From positions 37,991,703 through 38,055,702 of the forward strand of contig CP154954.1 of NCBI GenBank assembly GCA_039621445.1: a stretch of 64,000 bases of DNA. Reading direction: 5' to 3'. This document shows, piece after piece, positions 62,001 to 64,000 of this stretch. Position numbers and translations under genes: made by a program. Source of the stretch: Euglena gracilis. Taxonomy: Eukaryota. Numbering within the stretch: the first letter of the stretch is position 1; each line of letters begins with the position of its first letter. Under the pieces are notes generated by a model. The model was not told where the DNA came from. It worked only from the letters and a program-made list of their open reading frames with translations, and did no database searches.

Positions 62001-63739
62001 AGGTTCAGTCGTTCAGTGCGTTGCTTGTGTTTTTCTTCGTTGGAGGTCAGGTTTTCCACCTGTCGTTTCAGTCTGCCGATTTCCTCGTTTAGCTGTGTAA
62101 TCTGCTGTTGCTGATCTGGTATTTTCTGCAGTTCGACCATTTTTTTGTGCAGGTAATCACAGTTTTGAATGGTTGTTGTTGTTTTTGTTTCCTGCTGCTG
62201 AACCCGTCCTGCTAGATTTCCGATTTCACTGCCCATGTCCTTCTGAATTCTTTCCACCACACTGCTGATTTCGCCTCTGAGTTTTTCAACCTTTCTGAAA
62301 ACTGTTGCCACAGTTTCGTCCACTTTGCTGTTCACCGCTTGGACGCCGCCTGTGATTCCTGCAACCCGTTCTTCTGCCACAGCCGTTCTCTGTTGCAGTT
62401 CTGCAGTTGTTTTTTCGTTTTCTCGCTGTCGGTGCAGTAAACCAACCAGATGTTCACCCTGGTTCTGTGCATTTCCACCAGCCATCTGCAGAAAACTGTG
62501 AAGTTCCCTGAGTTTTTCGCCCGTTGAGCCAGACATTTCCCTGCTTTCCGCGATCTGCTGTGACATTCCGTTGAAATGTTCCTGGTACAGTTTGTTCTGG
62601 TTCACTGTCACCAGTTCCATGTTCGCTTGCGTTGTTGCGAGGACTGTTGTCAGTTCTTCGTGTCTGCCTTTGATTTCTGTCAGGAGTGCTTCAGCCTGTC
62701 TGTTGACTGTTGCGTGCAGTTCGCTGAACCATTCCGTCGTTTTTTGCTGTAGCTGCTGCAGTGTTTCTGCCGTTTGCTGGTTCGTCTGTTCAGTTTTGTG
62801 TCTGAACTGTTGAAATTCCTGGGTCAGCTGTCTAGTTTCGTAAGCAAAGTTCGACCACCAGTCCCAGTCAGTGTCCTGGTTCTGTGGTTCCAGTTTCGGA
62901 ATCTCGTACGAGCTGTACGATGGTTCCTGGTACGAAGTTTCAATTTCACCCTGGAGGCGGTCAGGTTGTTCCGGTCTCTGTCGCACCGCCACCAGAGCAA
63001 AACTCTGGGTTCCTGGTTGCTGTGCTGTTGCGGTTTGCCAGCTTTGGTTGTTCTGAGCGTCATGTTCTGGCAGTTGGAGCCAGTTTTGTGGTGCAAACAC
63101 CTGTTTGTCAAAGTACGGTTCGTTGTTTTCGTCCAGTTCAGTGTAGTCTGGTGATGGACCGGTCTTTTCAGTGTCGTTCTGGTCCATGTGCACCATGGCA
63201 ACGACACGTGGGCTGTCATTGCATGCCTGCGGCACTGTAATGTCTGTGCCGTTTTGTTCAGTTTCAGTCCACCTGTTGCTGTCCAGTGACTGGTACATGG
63301 CGGCAACGCCATCTGCCGGCTCCACCACCCTAGCGATGGCGGTTAAGGCAGCTGGCGTTTCCAGTGTTTGGTTCAGGGCTGGGAAACCATCTGCCTGCTC
63401 CACCACACTGGCGATGGCGGTTAAGGCAGCTGGCACATCCAGTGTTTGGTTCAGAGCTGGACAGCCATCCGCCGGCTCCACCACCCTAGCAATGGCGGTT
63501 TCGGCAGCTGGCATGTCAGCGTCATTCTTTTCAGTTTCTTGTCGTTTTTCAGTTTCTTGTTCGTAGCCGCATGTTGGAGGGGAATCACAAATGGGCAACC
63601 TACCTCTGCTACCATGTTGTATTCGTGGTACCCGCCCTTGAGTTTCCAGTCCCTCGGGGCCGGCACCCCGTTGCGTAGGATCTTGAACCCTGGTCAGGGT
63701 TTTTTCAATTCCCCTCGCGGATTGTTTCAGAAATTGCAT
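59100..63739 (-). pseudogene. Very long gag/ORF1 (coiled-coil N-terminus, Q/T/P-rich, GKG repeats), frameshifted
   Basis: Consecutive ORFs of 662, 203, 245, 219, 105 and 84 aa lie on the same strand upstream of pol; a homologous copy is at 52190-54390. Confidence 0.7.
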
Positions 63740-64000
63740 TTTTCTTGTTTTGGGTGGGTTTTTTGGGTGAAAACAGGTGGGTTGGTTGGCTCACACCTTT
63801 CCTTTGATAAAAAAATACACAAGCAATCCAGCAAGCAAAGCCACAAACGAAGTACAAATGAATCCACAGACCAAGGTACGTAATGTCCAGGGTAAGAATG
63901 GTAACTGATGCCACCAAGATAATTCAGTTCTTGAACTTAAAACAGACAAAAACAGAGACAGAGCCCTGTGCAGGGACAGATGGAGTCAGCGTATTTGTAA

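Larger units (their letters stand above)
54860..63739 (-). mobile_element. Ty3/Gypsy chromovirus-like LTR retrotransposon carrying adenine and cytosine methyltransferase domains (defective copy)
   Basis: Domain order on the - strand: long gag, Dam-like MT, C5-MTase, RT C-terminal part, Ty3 RNase H, integrase (HHCC, DDE, GPY/F), chromodomain. LTRs were not identified. Confidence 0.9.

Noticed and set aside
63740-64000. Gypsy 5' LTR and primer-binding site
   Set aside because: No matching second LTR or convincing PBS in the window; it may lie beyond the edge.
1-64000. CRISPR array, rRNA or spliced-leader RNA gene
   Set aside because: No repeat-unique-spacer array and no recognisable rRNA or SL sequence was seen by eye. 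A covariance-model search would be needed to exclude small RNAs.

Overview
Repeat-rich eukaryotic nuclear DNA, most likely from a euglenid. That host call is an inference from GT-AG introns with GTnnGC-type donors plus at least one stem-closed non-GT-AG intron. Bases 1-38,000 hold two intron-split + strand genes. The first is the 3' part of a multi-EF-hand Ca2+-binding protein (7 exons, 2096-20488). The second is the 3' part of an alpha-kinase (eEF2K/MHCK family) with a C-terminal EF-hand-like pair (5 exons, 27602-37985). Their introns are packed with MITEs/TIR elements, minisatellites and G-tracts. Bases 38,600-64,000 are decayed retroelements: several DIRS-type tyrosine-recombinase retrotransposons (RT-RNaseH-adenine MTase-YR), fragments of a CRE-like RLE non-LTR element, and a Ty3/Gypsy chromovirus-like element. 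The main finding is that this Gypsy element carries, in one frame between gag and RT, both a DIRS-like N6-adenine methyltransferase domain and a C5-cytosine DNA methyltransferase domain, plus a chromodomain integrase. All coordinates and alignments were read by eye and no searches were run.
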